A stretch of DNA of 64,000 nucleotides from a virus: the IMG/VR virus record IMGVR_UViG_3300013006_000023, positions 1 to 64,000 of that record, one strand, 5' to 3'. Below are positions 47,108-56,975 of this stretch, one piece after another; position 1 is the first letter of the stretch; each line of letters opens with the position of its first letter. The notes under the pieces are model-generated. The model did no database searches. It was not told where the DNA came from and was given only the letters and a program-made list of their open reading frames with translations. A program made the position numbers and the translations under genes.

Positions 47108-48430
47108 ATGGCTCAGTTAGATTTAGACTTTTTTGAGACTATCATAGCATACAAATGTCTTACAGATGAAATATATCTGGCTTCTGTTATTGACCATCTA
47201 AATCCTATCTTCTTTAAGAACAAAGACACCAAAGCTATTTTTGAGCTAATAAAAGGGTTTTATACCAAAAATAGTGCTTGCCCCACTATAACTGAAATAA
47301 AGGCCTACCTGACAACTGACGAGTTAAAGACGTCTTTAAAAAATGTGGTATCACTATTCACCGGCATAGACAAAAATTTTAATAACGATGAGCTAACTAC
47401 AAATACAGAGAAATTTTTGAAAGAAAAAGCCGTCTACCATACAATGATGAGTGTAGTGGATGACATATCTAAAAACGATGTTGATACATCAAAAATATTA
47501 GAAAAATTCGATAAAGCTTGTAATATTACACTCACTACTCAAATAGGTTTAGATTTATTCACCGACATTGATATGGTAATAAATGACCTCAACTCCACAG
47601 AGAAATACATTCCCTCCAAATGGAAATGGCTTGATGATAAGATCGGTGGCGGGTTTCTAGAGAATGGCAGGTCGCTCTATCTTTTTGCTGGCGAGACCAA
47701 CATCGGCAAGTCTATATTCTTAGGCAATGTAGCAGTCAACATTGCACAACAGGGCAAAACAGTTCTTCTTGTGTCTCTTGAAATGCCTGAACTCATATAT
47801 GCAAAAAGATTATGCAGCAGTGTTTCAAAAATACCGCTAGGTCAGCTCAAGGCTGAATGTGTAACACTCAAGAATCAAATTAGTGAATATTGTCTCGAAA
47901 ACCCGCAATCAAAAATTCTTATCAAAGAGTTTCCGCCAGCAACCATAACTGCACATCAACTCAAATCGTTTATTCAAAAAATAATTCAAAAAGGTATTAA
48001 CATTGATGCCATAGTACTAGATTATGTCAATCTTCTTAAACCAGCTTTTGGTGATTCAAGCTATGAGCGTATTAAGAACTGTACAGAACATCTTCGTGCT
48101 CTGTCATATCATTTTAATTGTCCAGTCATCTCTGCAACACAACTCAATAGAGAAGGGTATGAAATTACTGATCCTGGTCTCAAGACAATATCTGAAAGTA
48201 TAGGCTTAGCCATGACAGGTGATGTTATTCTGAGTATTTGGCAAGAAGATACAGATAAAGAATTAGGCGTTATCAAAATGGGCTTCATGAAAAACCGGTT
48301 CGGTCCAAACTTCGGACATTGTTCTATGAGAATTGATTACTCGACCTTAACAATTACAGAAGATGAGCATGCTAATGATACTGAGGGCAGTTCTAGTACA
48401 ATTTCTACTCTTTCCAAGCTATCGTTATAA
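47108..48430 (+). CDS. gp41: replicative DnaB-like helicase (gp41)
   Basis: GETNIGKS, SLEM, IKEFP, LDYVNL, SATQLNR, SESIG, KNRFG. Confidence 0.93.
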   Translation: MAQLDLDFFETIIAYKCLTDEIYLASVIDHLNPIFFKNKDTKAIFELIKGFYTKNSACPTITEIKAYLTTDELKTSLKNVVSLFTGIDKNFNNDELTTNTEKFLKEKAVYHTMMSVVDDISKNDVDTSKILEKFDKACNITLTTQIGLDLFTDIDMVINDLNSTEKYIPSKWKWLDDKIGGGFLENGRSLYLFAGETNIGKSIFLGNVAVNIAQQGKTVLLVSLEMPELIYAKRLCSSVSKIPLGQLKAECVTLKNQISEYCLENPQSKILIKEFPPATITAHQLKSFIQKIIQKGINIDAIVLDYVNLLKPAFGDSSYERIKNCTEHLRALSYHFNCPVISATQLNREGYEITDPGLKTISESIGLAMTGDVILSIWQEDTDKELGVIKMGFMKNRFGPNFGHCSMRIDYSTLTITEDEHANDTEGSSSTISTLSKLSL

Positions 48431-48471
48431 ACTGTTGATTTGCATTAAATAGTATATAATTAACAGTAACT

Positions 48472-48759
48472 GTGAATGGACTTAACCCCACTGAAAATTT
48501 GAGCTCGTATGAGTACACACATCTCTTTCTTTCCTTTTGTAGTTTTGTTACATTATTACATACTAAGAAATTAAACATGGCTAACGTCTTTATTATGCTA
48601 TTGCAACGCGAGGATTTGAGAGATCTATTTAAAAAGTATTGCGACCTACAGAACAATTTTTCTGCAGTCACTTTTTTTCTTCAATTTGAGCCTGGACTTT
48701 ATAAAAGTAAGTATATAATGAAGTATCTAAACAGTCATACCAACAATCTACCATTATGA
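48472..48759 (+). CDS. hypothetical protein
   Basis: 95-aa ORF after a sigma70-like promoter, ATGA-coupled to the next gene. Confidence 0.55.
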   Translation: MNGLNPTENLSSYEYTHLFLSFCSFVTLLHTKKLNMANVFIMLLQREDLRDLFKKYCDLQNNFSAVTFFLQFEPGLYKSKYIMKYLNSHTNNLPL

Positions 48760-48965
48760 ACCAACCAAATATAAATGCAGCAGTTATCTTAGATCCAAAA
48801 AAATGCACAGAGAAAATGTATTTTGATAAAATGTACACCAAGTTCAGCAGGCAAGTAATTACAAGCGGTGTTCTGGATGACCTTAGGTTAAGAAGACGGT
48901 TCTTAACACCATCCCAAAGAAAAAAACTCAAAGTTCAGCTTGCCAACAAGAGAAGATTTGCTTGA
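48756..48965 (+). CDS. rpsU: ribosomal protein bS21 homolog
   Basis: 69 aa, basic; FDKMYTKFSRQVITSGVLDDLRLRRRFLTPSQRKKLK fits the bS21 pattern F..(AL)..F.R....G.L..LR.R..(Y/F).(K/T)PS..(R/K)K.K. Confidence 0.7.
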   Translation: MNQPNINAAVILDPKKCTEKMYFDKMYTKFSRQVITSGVLDDLRLRRRFLTPSQRKKLKVQLANKRRFA

Positions 48966-49603
48966 TTACAAATTTCGATAAACACATATACAATTCTTTT
49001 CTAAAAGCCTCACGCGCTTCAAAAAATCTGCCTTTCAACTATAGAAAGGACTTTAACAAGCTTGATGACGTAAAATATGTATCTCTTAAAAGATTAAGCT
49101 CTTTTTTTAAAAGGTTTCCAAACATCTCAATGGACGATTTCTTTAGTGCGCCCTACACTCTCTATAAAGATGAGAATTTTTTCCCCATTGAATACTTTAC
49201 AACATTAAAAGCTACAAAAGCCTATACGCTTTTTCAAAAAAATAAAATTAATCAGGATCCCGATTCTGATGAACAGTTGAATAGCATCAAAAACTCTTTA
49301 ATCTTTATTAAGAATTTTTGCAAAGAGAGTAACATAGACATAAAAAACTACATATGCAACAAAACCAACAATCAGCACTCATTTCTACTTCACCTGAGAG
49401 ACCACAAGATAAACTTCTATACATTATTTGGCTTTTCAAATTTTGACACTGTGCTTAAGAGCATTAATCCTGATATTGTCAAATTTACTATTAACGAAGA
49501 TCTTTACAATAAAGTCTCCTTCTTTAGAACCAAGCTGTATAATTCAAAAAAAGCCCTGAACCTTGTCACCCTGGGATTAGATAAAATTACGAAAAAGAGT
49601 TGA
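48962..49603 (+). CDS. hypothetical protein, possibly helicase loader (gp59-like)
   Basis: 213 aa, basic/aromatic, immediately upstream of gp32 as gp59 is in T4; position-based call only. Confidence 0.4.
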   Translation: MITNFDKHIYNSFLKASRASKNLPFNYRKDFNKLDDVKYVSLKRLSSFFKRFPNISMDDFFSAPYTLYKDENFFPIEYFTTLKATKAYTLFQKNKINQDPDSDEQLNSIKNSLIFIKNFCKESNIDIKNYICNKTNNQHSFLLHLRDHKINFYTLFGFSNFDTVLKSINPDIVKFTINEDLYNKVSFFRTKLYNSKKALNLVTLGLDKITKKS

Positions 49604-49633
49604 TTTATACATTATATCTGTTATTATTAGTTT

Positions 49634-50497
49634 ATGAGTACATTTACAACATCCATGTTTGAGAGCATCAAAGGTGCTCTTTCCAAAAATAACGAAAAAT
49701 CATCAGGTGCAAAGGATTTTATCCGCACAGAAGTAGGCAATACATACACTGTAAGATTGCTTCCCAATTTAAAGGACCCTACCAAAACATTTTTACATTA
49801 TTATTCCTATGGCTGGAATAGCTTCGCTACCGGTCAACTCATTACTGCAGTAAGTCCATCCACATGGAACCAGAGGGATCCCATTGCAGAAGAGCGATAT
49901 AAAGTTCTAAGAACAGGTACTGAGAAGGAAAAAGAGAGAGCCAAGGCCATCAACCGCACTGAACGCTGGCTTGTAAATTGTTATGTTGTTAATGATCCAG
50001 TTAATGCTGAGAATAACAACAAGGTAAAGATTCTTCGCTTTGGCCGTCAACTGCATAAAGTAATTATGGAAGCTATTGAGGGTGAAGAAGCATCAGAGCT
50101 TGGTCCAAGAATTTTTGATCTGTCTCCAAAAGGCTGCAATCTTCGCATTAAAGTGGAAAAGCAGGGTGACTATCCAACCTATGTTTCATCTAAGTTTACA
50201 ACACCCAAAGAGCTTGAAAATGTTGATGAGGATAGTTATGATAAGGTTTACAAGAGCTCTTTTGACCTAGAATCGTACGTAACTGCAAAGAGTTATGATG
50301 AGCTCAAGAGTCTCATGGATACACATTATTATGCAACAAAGGATGTCGACGATGAGGGCACAAGCACACCAGTCGTTCATACTGAGGTTAAGGCTTCTGC
50401 TCCAGTTCCCAGTGTTGCACCAACTAAGAGCGTGAAGATCTCCTCTAATAAGACTTCTGAAGATGACTCTATCAATGAGTTGCTCAAAGACCTATAA
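49634..50497 (+). CDS. gp32: single-stranded DNA-binding protein (gp32)
   Basis: VRLLP, DPIAE, YVVNDP..ENNNKVKILRFG, IFDL..GCNL, YVSSKF, acidic tail. Confidence 0.88.
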   Translation: MSTFTTSMFESIKGALSKNNEKSSGAKDFIRTEVGNTYTVRLLPNLKDPTKTFLHYYSYGWNSFATGQLITAVSPSTWNQRDPIAEERYKVLRTGTEKEKERAKAINRTERWLVNCYVVNDPVNAENNNKVKILRFGRQLHKVIMEAIEGEEASELGPRIFDLSPKGCNLRIKVEKQGDYPTYVSSKFTTPKELENVDEDSYDKVYKSSFDLESYVTAKSYDELKSLMDTHYYATKDVDDEGTSTPVVHTEVKASAPVPSVAPTKSVKISSNKTSEDDSINELLKDL

Positions 50498-50500
50498 TCA

Positions 50501-50911
50501 ATGGATACATTCCGAGAGCTAACACCTGAAGAAATAAAGTTAACAACTATTCAGTTCATGGGACAGCATCTCATGGGTGAAATGAAAGAGTTGGATAGAA
50601 ACATTATTTCCAAGAGTAATAGTCTCCAGGGATTGACATTAAGACCAGAACAGATTATAGAAAGTGTGGGTGTATCGCCGCAAATAGCTTCTCCTGTCAA
50701 TACTGTTAACCCTGGCATTAACTTGCAGCCAGCTCTTGCTCAGCAGATGCAATTGTCTATCAATAATACTGCAGCAAGCAATGGCACACCCAATGATCCA
50801 AACCAACTTGAGTTTGACTTTAATAACTGTAACTATGCAAAACTAATTTTTGATAAACTTGATTACCTTGATATCAAAATGGATCGACTAATTGAGCTAC
50901 TTAAAAAGTAA
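50501..50911 (+). CDS. hypothetical protein
   Basis: 136-aa ORF in operon, contains DPNQLEFDF. Confidence 0.6.
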   Translation: MDTFRELTPEEIKLTTIQFMGQHLMGEMKELDRNIISKSNSLQGLTLRPEQIIESVGVSPQIASPVNTVNPGINLQPALAQQMQLSINNTAASNGTPNDPNQLEFDFNNCNYAKLIFDKLDYLDIKMDRLIELLKK

Positions 50912-50945
50912 TTGATTTAGCTTCACTCTTACATTATAATATGTT

Positions 50946-51677
50946 ATGAAGCTTTTGATAAGTGATAAAGATAAATTTGTTAATAATTTCTTATCCCCTC
51001 TTAGCCGAGTAGTTGATAGTGCAGTTATTAATATCGACAAAGGAAAAATTTCAACGCTCATTGCAACTAGTGATAATACCGTTATTGTTAGCAGTGTCTT
51101 TAATGATGAAAATATAGACATTAAGAAAACCTTAAATGTACCGGATCTAAAAAAACTTAATCGTGTCATCTCATGCATTGAGCCGTCTGCTTTTGAATTA
51201 GATGTTTCATCTAATTTTATAGGTTATACGTCTAATACAATCAGGTTTAAATACCATTTATATGATGATAATATCATCTCTTCACCAAAAGTGAACATTG
51301 ATAAAATAAATGCATTGGAGTTTGACGGTAAATTTACACTGCTACAAAATACAATTCTTAGTCTCATTAAAGGTAGTACGATTACCACTGAGTCAAATAA
51401 AATATATATTAGCGTTAAAAACAGTTCAGTTCTTGGTGAGCTCACAGATAAGACTCGCCCCAATATCGATTCCTATGGTATTGAGATCTCCAATAATTAT
51501 GAAGGTACACAGTTTGCAGTACCTATACCGTTGAATTTTGAGATATTTAGAATAATATCTTCTATGAAGTTCAAAGACATACAATTCAACCTTATAACAA
51601 AGATGGGGGTGGGTGTACTGGATTTAAATCAAGACAATACTTCGTTTAAATTCATTATATCTGCTCTAACAAACTAA
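50946..51677 (+). CDS. gp45: sliding clamp (gp45/PCNA-like)
   Basis: 243 aa with clamp-like beta-alpha pattern (LNVPDLKKL, FKYHL), in the replication module; own TTGATT-17-TATAAT promoter. Confidence 0.65.
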   Translation: MKLLISDKDKFVNNFLSPLSRVVDSAVINIDKGKISTLIATSDNTVIVSSVFNDENIDIKKTLNVPDLKKLNRVISCIEPSAFELDVSSNFIGYTSNTIRFKYHLYDDNIISSPKVNIDKINALEFDGKFTLLQNTILSLIKGSTITTESNKIYISVKNSSVLGELTDKTRPNIDSYGIEISNNYEGTQFAVPIPLNFEIFRIISSMKFKDIQFNLITKMGVGVLDLNQDNTSFKFIISALTN

Positions 51678-52051
51678 TGAGCAAAAATAAATTAAGAACA
51701 CCTAGTTATTTCATAAAACGTCTAAAAGACAATGGTTTTGTTGTTTTGAAAGTCTTCAATGTGTATGCTAAATCTGATCCTCGCCAGTGGACAATCATAG
51801 TTAATCCAACTGAAGCTTCAGTCTTTATAACTTGTTATTTTAACAAAAGTAATATAAATGAAGTGCTATTTGAGATGAATGATGGCGGCAGACGCATTCA
51901 AAAGAATTTCTATATAGCAACTGATAGCATAGAAGTAATCATCAACTTTTTATTAAAAAGCGGCGTATCCAATGGTGTCGATTACCCAGGACGCAATAGA
52001 TATCTTCGTCAAAGAATAAATAAATATGATGAGCAAAAGCAATCCTCCTGA
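51677..52051 (+). CDS. hypothetical protein
   Basis: 124-aa ORF, TAATG-coupled to the upstream gene. Confidence 0.6.
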   Translation: MSKNKLRTPSYFIKRLKDNGFVVLKVFNVYAKSDPRQWTIIVNPTEASVFITCYFNKSNINEVLFEMNDGGRRIQKNFYIATDSIEVIINFLLKSGVSNGVDYPGRNRYLRQRINKYDEQKQSS

Positions 52052-52358
52052 TAGCAATCTAAACAATTTTAACCCCAATGAGAACAAGGAGGTTAAAGAG
52101 CTCACTCATAAAGCATTAATTAACTTTTTAAAAGAAGAGATAACTAATAAGCATGCATTAAAGAAGGATCTAGATGCTCTCAATTCTACAATATCAGAAT
52201 ATTTAAATTGTTTTATTCTATTGGGATACAATTGTGATGGTGATCCTGTGCAAACTATTTTTGCACACAATCAGCAGGAAGCTGATTCTCTTGGCACACT
52301 GGTTAATAAGTTTATGTTCAGTACACGCGAAAAAGATGATGATCGTGGAGATTTGTAA
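52026..52358 (+). CDS. hypothetical protein
   Basis: 110-aa ORF; TAAATA 6 nt before the second ATG (52029). Confidence 0.6.
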   Translation: MMSKSNPPDSNLNNFNPNENKEVKELTHKALINFLKEEITNKHALKKDLDALNSTISEYLNCFILLGYNCDGDPVQTIFAHNQQEADSLGTLVNKFMFSTREKDDDRGDL

Positions 52359-52379
52359 AAACTAATATAAACTATATTA

Positions 52380-53264
52380 GTGAAAAACATAATAATTCTT
52401 GGCAAAGGCTTTGTCGGCAACCATATCTTCAATCATTTTAAAGAATGGTTCAACATGCATGCAGTTATAGTTGACAGGAAAGAAGTTGACTATTTCAATG
52501 AAATTGCATTGAAAAAATTTCTAAGGGAGCTTCATTGCTATCCAGAGAATGACATTGTGTTTATTAATTGTTCTGGATACACAGGCAGACCCAATGTTGA
52601 TGCATGTGAGTTGAACAAAGAAATTTGTGTGGAATACAATACTAAATTGCCCATTTTCTTGAGCAACTTCTGCCAAAAATATAAACACTATCTCATCAAT
52701 GTGTCAAGCGGGTGTATTTACAGCGGTTATGAGAAAGACTACACAGAAGATGACGTTCCGAATTTTGGAATGTATTCCAATGTTAGCAGTTTTTATTCTA
52801 AAACAAAACATCTAGCTGAACTGCTCTATACAAAGACACATTCATCAATCCTCAGAATACGTATGCCATTCTGCTCATATTCTTCTGAACGCAATATCAT
52901 TAATAAAATTATAAACTATGATAATCTCATATCTTTCAAAAACAGTTTAACCTCTCTTGATGATTTGTCAGTCTTTATTAACAAATTCATAGTTCACGAA
53001 TTTTACAAGACTAAACCTGATATATACAATGTGGTCAACCCAGGTGGAATTGATGCAAAGGAGATAGTTCAGTTACTTTCAAAAAATAACATCATTAATA
53101 AGAATTGGAAGTTTGTAGATATTGAAAATTTGCAACTCAAAGCAAATCGTTCCAATTGTGTTTTGTCTACTGAAAAAATAGCTGATCTTGGATTAGACCT
53201 GCCCCCTGTGCATGAAACACTGCTGTCTAGTATTGAGAAACTCTCCCATGAAACAGCTGTTTAG
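52380..53264 (+). CDS. NDP-4-keto-6-deoxyglucose 3,5-epimerase/4-reductase (RmlD/UER1-like SDR)
   Basis: ILGKGFVG, INCSGYTGRPNVDACE, SSGCIY, FYSKTK, LRIRMP, RSNCVL. Confidence 0.8.
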   Translation: MKNIIILGKGFVGNHIFNHFKEWFNMHAVIVDRKEVDYFNEIALKKFLRELHCYPENDIVFINCSGYTGRPNVDACELNKEICVEYNTKLPIFLSNFCQKYKHYLINVSSGCIYSGYEKDYTEDDVPNFGMYSNVSSFYSKTKHLAELLYTKTHSSILRIRMPFCSYSSERNIINKIINYDNLISFKNSLTSLDDLSVFINKFIVHEFYKTKPDIYNVVNPGGIDAKEIVQLLSKNNIINKNWKFVDIENLQLKANRSNCVLSTEKIADLGLDLPPVHETLLSSIEKLSHETAV

Positions 53265-53529
53265 TTTGTTCAGCAAACATCCTCGCGAGCGTCATGTATA
53301 TGCTGTTTGTGGTGGTAAATACTTGGGTGAAATGTTTGTTTTTATGGAAAAACGAGATGCAGAATACTATTTCCTATCATTACCAGACATGCAAATCAGA
53401 CAGGTGCCTATTGAAAAATTCGATACAGGATTAAAGGAAAAGATACTGGATGTTGTCAACAAGCTGCCTGTAGAGATCTATAGTATGTGTCAAAAACAGT
53501 ATAAAACAAATAAGACTATTGATAAATAA
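53248..53529 (+). CDS. hypothetical protein
   Basis: Likely start MKQLFSLF at 53248. Confidence 0.55.
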   Translation: MKQLFSLFSKHPRERHVYAVCGGKYLGEMFVFMEKRDAEYYFLSLPDMQIRQVPIEKFDTGLKEKILDVVNKLPVEIYSMCQKQYKTNKTIDK

Positions 53530-53551
53530 TTAGGGTGGTATAAATAGTTCT

Positions 53552-53761
53552 ATGAATTTAATTATTGAAACAACTTTTAGGTCTGAGAAAGATAAGAATA
53601 AGGACGTGGAATCATTTACAGTTCTTTGTGATATTGATGCTATTCAAAATATTATTAATACCAAAGGCGTGGAGGCTGCAAATACTGCGCTGGATTCATA
53701 TGTTGCAAAGTTCACAGAGGATTTCAAGAGAAAGCTTTCCACTGCCTTGAGAAAGGTCTGA
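53552..53761 (+). CDS. hypothetical protein (late)
   Basis: TATAAATA 5 nt before ATG. Confidence 0.6.
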   Translation: MNLIIETTFRSEKDKNKDVESFTVLCDIDAIQNIINTKGVEAANTALDSYVAKFTEDFKRKLSTALRKV

Positions 53762-53762
53762 T

Positions 53763-53948
53763 ATGGATCTTATTGACCCTCGTCCCATCACTTCCCCCAT
53801 TAGTGGACAGCCTGTCAGACCAGTCTTAAAGACCTTTATTCGTGGTAACAAGGAAATAGTTGAAGCGCATTATATTGATCCTGCAAGTGGTGTTTTCATA
53901 CGCAAAGGCCTGGTATCAGTAAAAGATATTGAACCTCCAAAGAAATAA
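53763..53948 (+). CDS. hypothetical protein
   Basis: 61-aa ORF abutting the previous gene. Confidence 0.55.
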   Translation: MDLIDPRPITSPISGQPVRPVLKTFIRGNKEIVEAHYIDPASGVFIRKGLVSVKDIEPPKK

Positions 53949-53962
53949 GTTATAATATTTTT

Positions 53963-55006
53963 GTGGTTATACCTCAAGAATATATTGTTCAGAAATTCTA
54001 TCAGTATGCAGGTTACCCTAAGTTCAAGAAATTTAGCAACACATACATGGCCGGGTGTCCAATATGCAGAGAAGGAAAATCATGGAACAAAAAACGTAGA
54101 TGCATTTATTTGGTAGATGATAATAAAATTTGCTGTCATAATTGTGGTTGGTATGGTGATACTGTCAAGTGGGTGCAAGAAGTCTCCGGACTTACTTTTG
54201 TGGAAATTATAAATGAATCGAAAAATTATGAGATTTTGCCTCTGGAAGCATTAGCGGACGACCAGAGAAGCGACATTCAAAAACCCATCAAAGTTGAAAG
54301 ACTGCCACTTGAATCAATTGATTTATTTGACAAGATGCAGATTAATTACTATAACAACAATAGGACAGTTAATGATGCACTGCTCTTGTTAGAGAAGAGA
54401 AGAATGATTAACGCTATCAATAGACCCAAATCTTTGTTTCTATCATTGAATGATAAAGTTCATAAGAACAGAATCATAATACCTTTCTATAACGAGGAAA
54501 ATGAGGTCATCTTCTATCAATCAAGAATCATCTATGATAAAGATCTGAGGCTGTATCCCAAATACTTGAGCAAAATAAATGGTGAAAAATCTCTGTACAA
54601 CATTAACAACATAAATGCAGATTTAGAATATATCTTTGTTTTTGAAGGCCCTATTGATGCATTTTTTGTGCGCAATGGCACAGCAATTTCAGGTATTCAA
54701 GAGAATAGCCACACCATGTTTTCTGCATTACAGGAGAATCAGCTGAATTCATTTAAATTTCACAAACGCATTTGGGTGCTGGATAGTCAATATAATGATA
54801 GGGCCAGCAGAAACAAGACTGAGAAGCTCATACAAAATGGTGAAACTGTATTCATATGGCCTGAAAATGACGGCAAAAAATACAAGGATATTAATGATCT
54901 GGTAATAGATAAAAAAATAGATTCAGTGGATCCAAGTTATTTTGTTGAAAATTCCCACAGCGGAATCAAGGCAAAATTATTATTATCTGTCATTAGCAGA
55001 AATTAA
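53963..55006 (+). CDS. gp61: DNA primase (gp61)
   Basis: Zinc finger CPICREG...CHNCG, RIIIPF, YQSR, PKY, TOPRIM FEGPIDA, KDIND. Confidence 0.92.
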   Translation: MVIPQEYIVQKFYQYAGYPKFKKFSNTYMAGCPICREGKSWNKKRRCIYLVDDNKICCHNCGWYGDTVKWVQEVSGLTFVEIINESKNYEILPLEALADDQRSDIQKPIKVERLPLESIDLFDKMQINYYNNNRTVNDALLLLEKRRMINAINRPKSLFLSLNDKVHKNRIIIPFYNEENEVIFYQSRIIYDKDLRLYPKYLSKINGEKSLYNINNINADLEYIFVFEGPIDAFFVRNGTAISGIQENSHTMFSALQENQLNSFKFHKRIWVLDSQYNDRASRNKTEKLIQNGETVFIWPENDGKKYKDINDLVIDKKIDSVDPSYFVENSHSGIKAKLLLSVISRN

Positions 55007-55390
55007 GTACCCCTTCATTGATTCACTCAATGAGCTTAATTCTGCGGCCAGCCTGGCAATCTTCTTTTTCTCACTTCTGGCCATGTCCTCAAATATTGAA
55101 TCACAAGGAGCAGCATGCAGCTGCACTTGAATAGAATCAGAATCTGTGCCATTTAAAAATTTAATAAACACATCAATTTGCTCAATCCATCCTCTTAATG
55201 ACTGCAATTGATGTTGCTTGTTTTGATCAACAACTGTCTCTCTGCCTTTAATATCATAGTCTTCAGGTGCTGTGGTTTTTAGAGTTTGCGCCATGGCATT
55301 TCTATCATTTTGTGGAGCTGCTACTGCAGTATCATCCATGTTCTCATCCGCTTCAAGCACTGTATCAAACACCTTATTAAAGAGACTCAT
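54983..55390 (-). CDS. putative internal head protein
   Basis: Leader MSLFNKVFDTVLE; TAAATA 5 nt upstream. Confidence 0.55.
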   Translation of the reverse strand: MSLFNKVFDTVLEADENMDDTAVAAPQNDRNAMAQTLKTTAPEDYDIKGRETVVDQNKQHQLQSLRGWIEQIDVFIKFLNGTDSDSIQVQLHAAPCDSIFEDMARSEKKKIARLAAELSSLSESMKGYLISANDR

Positions 55391-55424
55391 AATATTATTT
55401 ATTCCAAAAAGATTAAATAATTAT

Positions 55425-55787
55425 GTGAAACATACTCTTTTGTTTGATGAAGTGATGCAATATAACAAATGGGTAAGCGGCATTGCATCCAGAGATCTGT
55501 CAACTCAACGTGTCACTCTGAATGACATTTTTGACACCAACAAAAACCCGCAAATTCCAGGTGCCATCAAAGCTGGCAATGATCTGCCATACCCACTTAG
55601 AAACGTTATAAATCAGCTTGGTGATCTGTATGTAAACTCTTCTAATTCAGTGGAGCTCTTCAAGCAATCATTGAACAATCCAAATATTGAGTTCAATGAT
55701 GATGCCAAGGCTTACATCATTTCTGCAATCAAGAAACTCACAGTCATACAAAACTTAATAAAAACTGTTATCAGTGGTAACAAATAG
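55425..55787 (+). CDS. hypothetical late protein
   Basis: Start moved to GTG 55425 (TAAATA 5 nt upstream); leader MKHTLLFDE. Confidence 0.55.
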   Translation: MKHTLLFDEVMQYNKWVSGIASRDLSTQRVTLNDIFDTNKNPQIPGAIKAGNDLPYPLRNVINQLGDLYVNSSNSVELFKQSLNNPNIEFNDDAKAYIISAIKKLTVIQNLIKTVISGNK

Positions 55788-55824
55788 CTTGCTGATATTG
55801 GAATTGTAATATATAATACTATAT

Positions 55825-56250
55825 ATGCTCAAAAAGCTATTGAATCAGCTATTCACACTGTGCCTTGTGTCTTTGCTATTTGCCATTATTTTTTATCTGC
55901 TGAAGCTTAATTTTGTTGCAGGCATACTGACAGGTATCGTCTTTCAGTTTACTGGTTTTTACTTGTATTCAACCTTTTTACGAATTTACACCGGTCTTCA
56001 AATAAAAAAAATCGAAAATGAAATGCTCAAGGAGCTGTCTTTTCAAGGTTTGGAAGTGGCATGCCCTTGCTACAAGAAGGTTGTGGAATTTGTACCCATT
56101 AGACTCAATGCAAAGAATTATTACAAATGCACGCAGTGCAACAAGAAAATAAGTGTAATAATTGACGCGGAAACGGCCATTGCAACAGAAGCCATTGAAA
56201 ACCCATCAGCTGTTTTAAATAATCTAAGGATTCCAGATGCAAATTCCTAA
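55825..56250 (+). CDS. membrane protein with C-terminal zinc ribbon
   Basis: Two hydrophobic N-terminal helices; CPC...CTQC; sigma70-type promoter. Confidence 0.6.
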   Translation: MLKKLLNQLFTLCLVSLLFAIIFYLLKLNFVAGILTGIVFQFTGFYLYSTFLRIYTGLQIKKIENEMLKELSFQGLEVACPCYKKVVEFVPIRLNAKNYYKCTQCNKKISVIIDAETAIATEAIENPSAVLNNLRIPDANS

Positions 56251-56686
56251 AAGCATTGAGAAATTGACAACCAGCATACCGCCCAATAGCATTGACCGTG
56301 CAGTTGAATCTGCAAGCTTGCTTCCAGATGACATTATACTTTTTTTTAAAAAGTATCTGACCATAGCTGACTACCAAAAATTTGAATATGGCTTTGTATC
56401 TCTTAAAAAAGTATCTGATGAAAGAGTTTTCTTCTCCGGTTTAAATAATCTCTTTTATGATGCGTTGAGTGCCTCTATCAAAAATAGCGATGTGTTGGAA
56501 GAACATAAAGAACAAATTACCAGATGCTGCCGCACATTCTTTGAAGCACAAAACACGTCTTTGAATGCATTTCTTGAAGTGATAACTTTTTTTAATAAAA
56601 ATAAGAATCTTCTTGACGTAAAAGATCTTTCATATATTATTATTGGATATGCAATTAGTACCATCAAAAAACTCCATAACAGTTAA
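56237..56686 (+). CDS. hypothetical protein
   Basis: 149-aa ORF in operon. Confidence 0.55.
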   Translation: MQIPKSIEKLTTSIPPNSIDRAVESASLLPDDIILFFKKYLTIADYQKFEYGFVSLKKVSDERVFFSGLNNLFYDALSASIKNSDVLEEHKEQITRCCRTFFEAQNTSLNAFLEVITFFNKNKNLLDVKDLSYIIIGYAISTIKKLHNS

Positions 56687-56975
56687 GACCAATTCAAATA
56701 AAGTTCATGAACTTAAACTTCAAGAATATACCAGGTGGATATGCTTGGTTGAAGCCTTGGATTACATATCAAAAAAAGCAGGCAATTTCAAATGCAATTT
56801 GCAGGACAATGATGACTGGATCAAGCCCTTGGCTTTTCAAAAATATATTGCTGAGAGGTATGAATCCATGCTAGATGAAATTTCATTAAATGAATTCAAT
56901 ACAATGCACACTGTACCACCTAGTTTAAATGAGGAGAATGCATGCACTACATCGTTGGAACCAGCTTCACTATAA
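56649..56975 (+). CDS. hypothetical protein
   Basis: ORF in operon, contains WIKPLAFQKYI. Confidence 0.55.
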   Translation: MQLVPSKNSITVKTNSNKVHELKLQEYTRWICLVEALDYISKKAGNFKCNLQDNDDWIKPLAFQKYIAERYESMLDEISLNEFNTMHTVPPSLNEENACTTSLEPASL

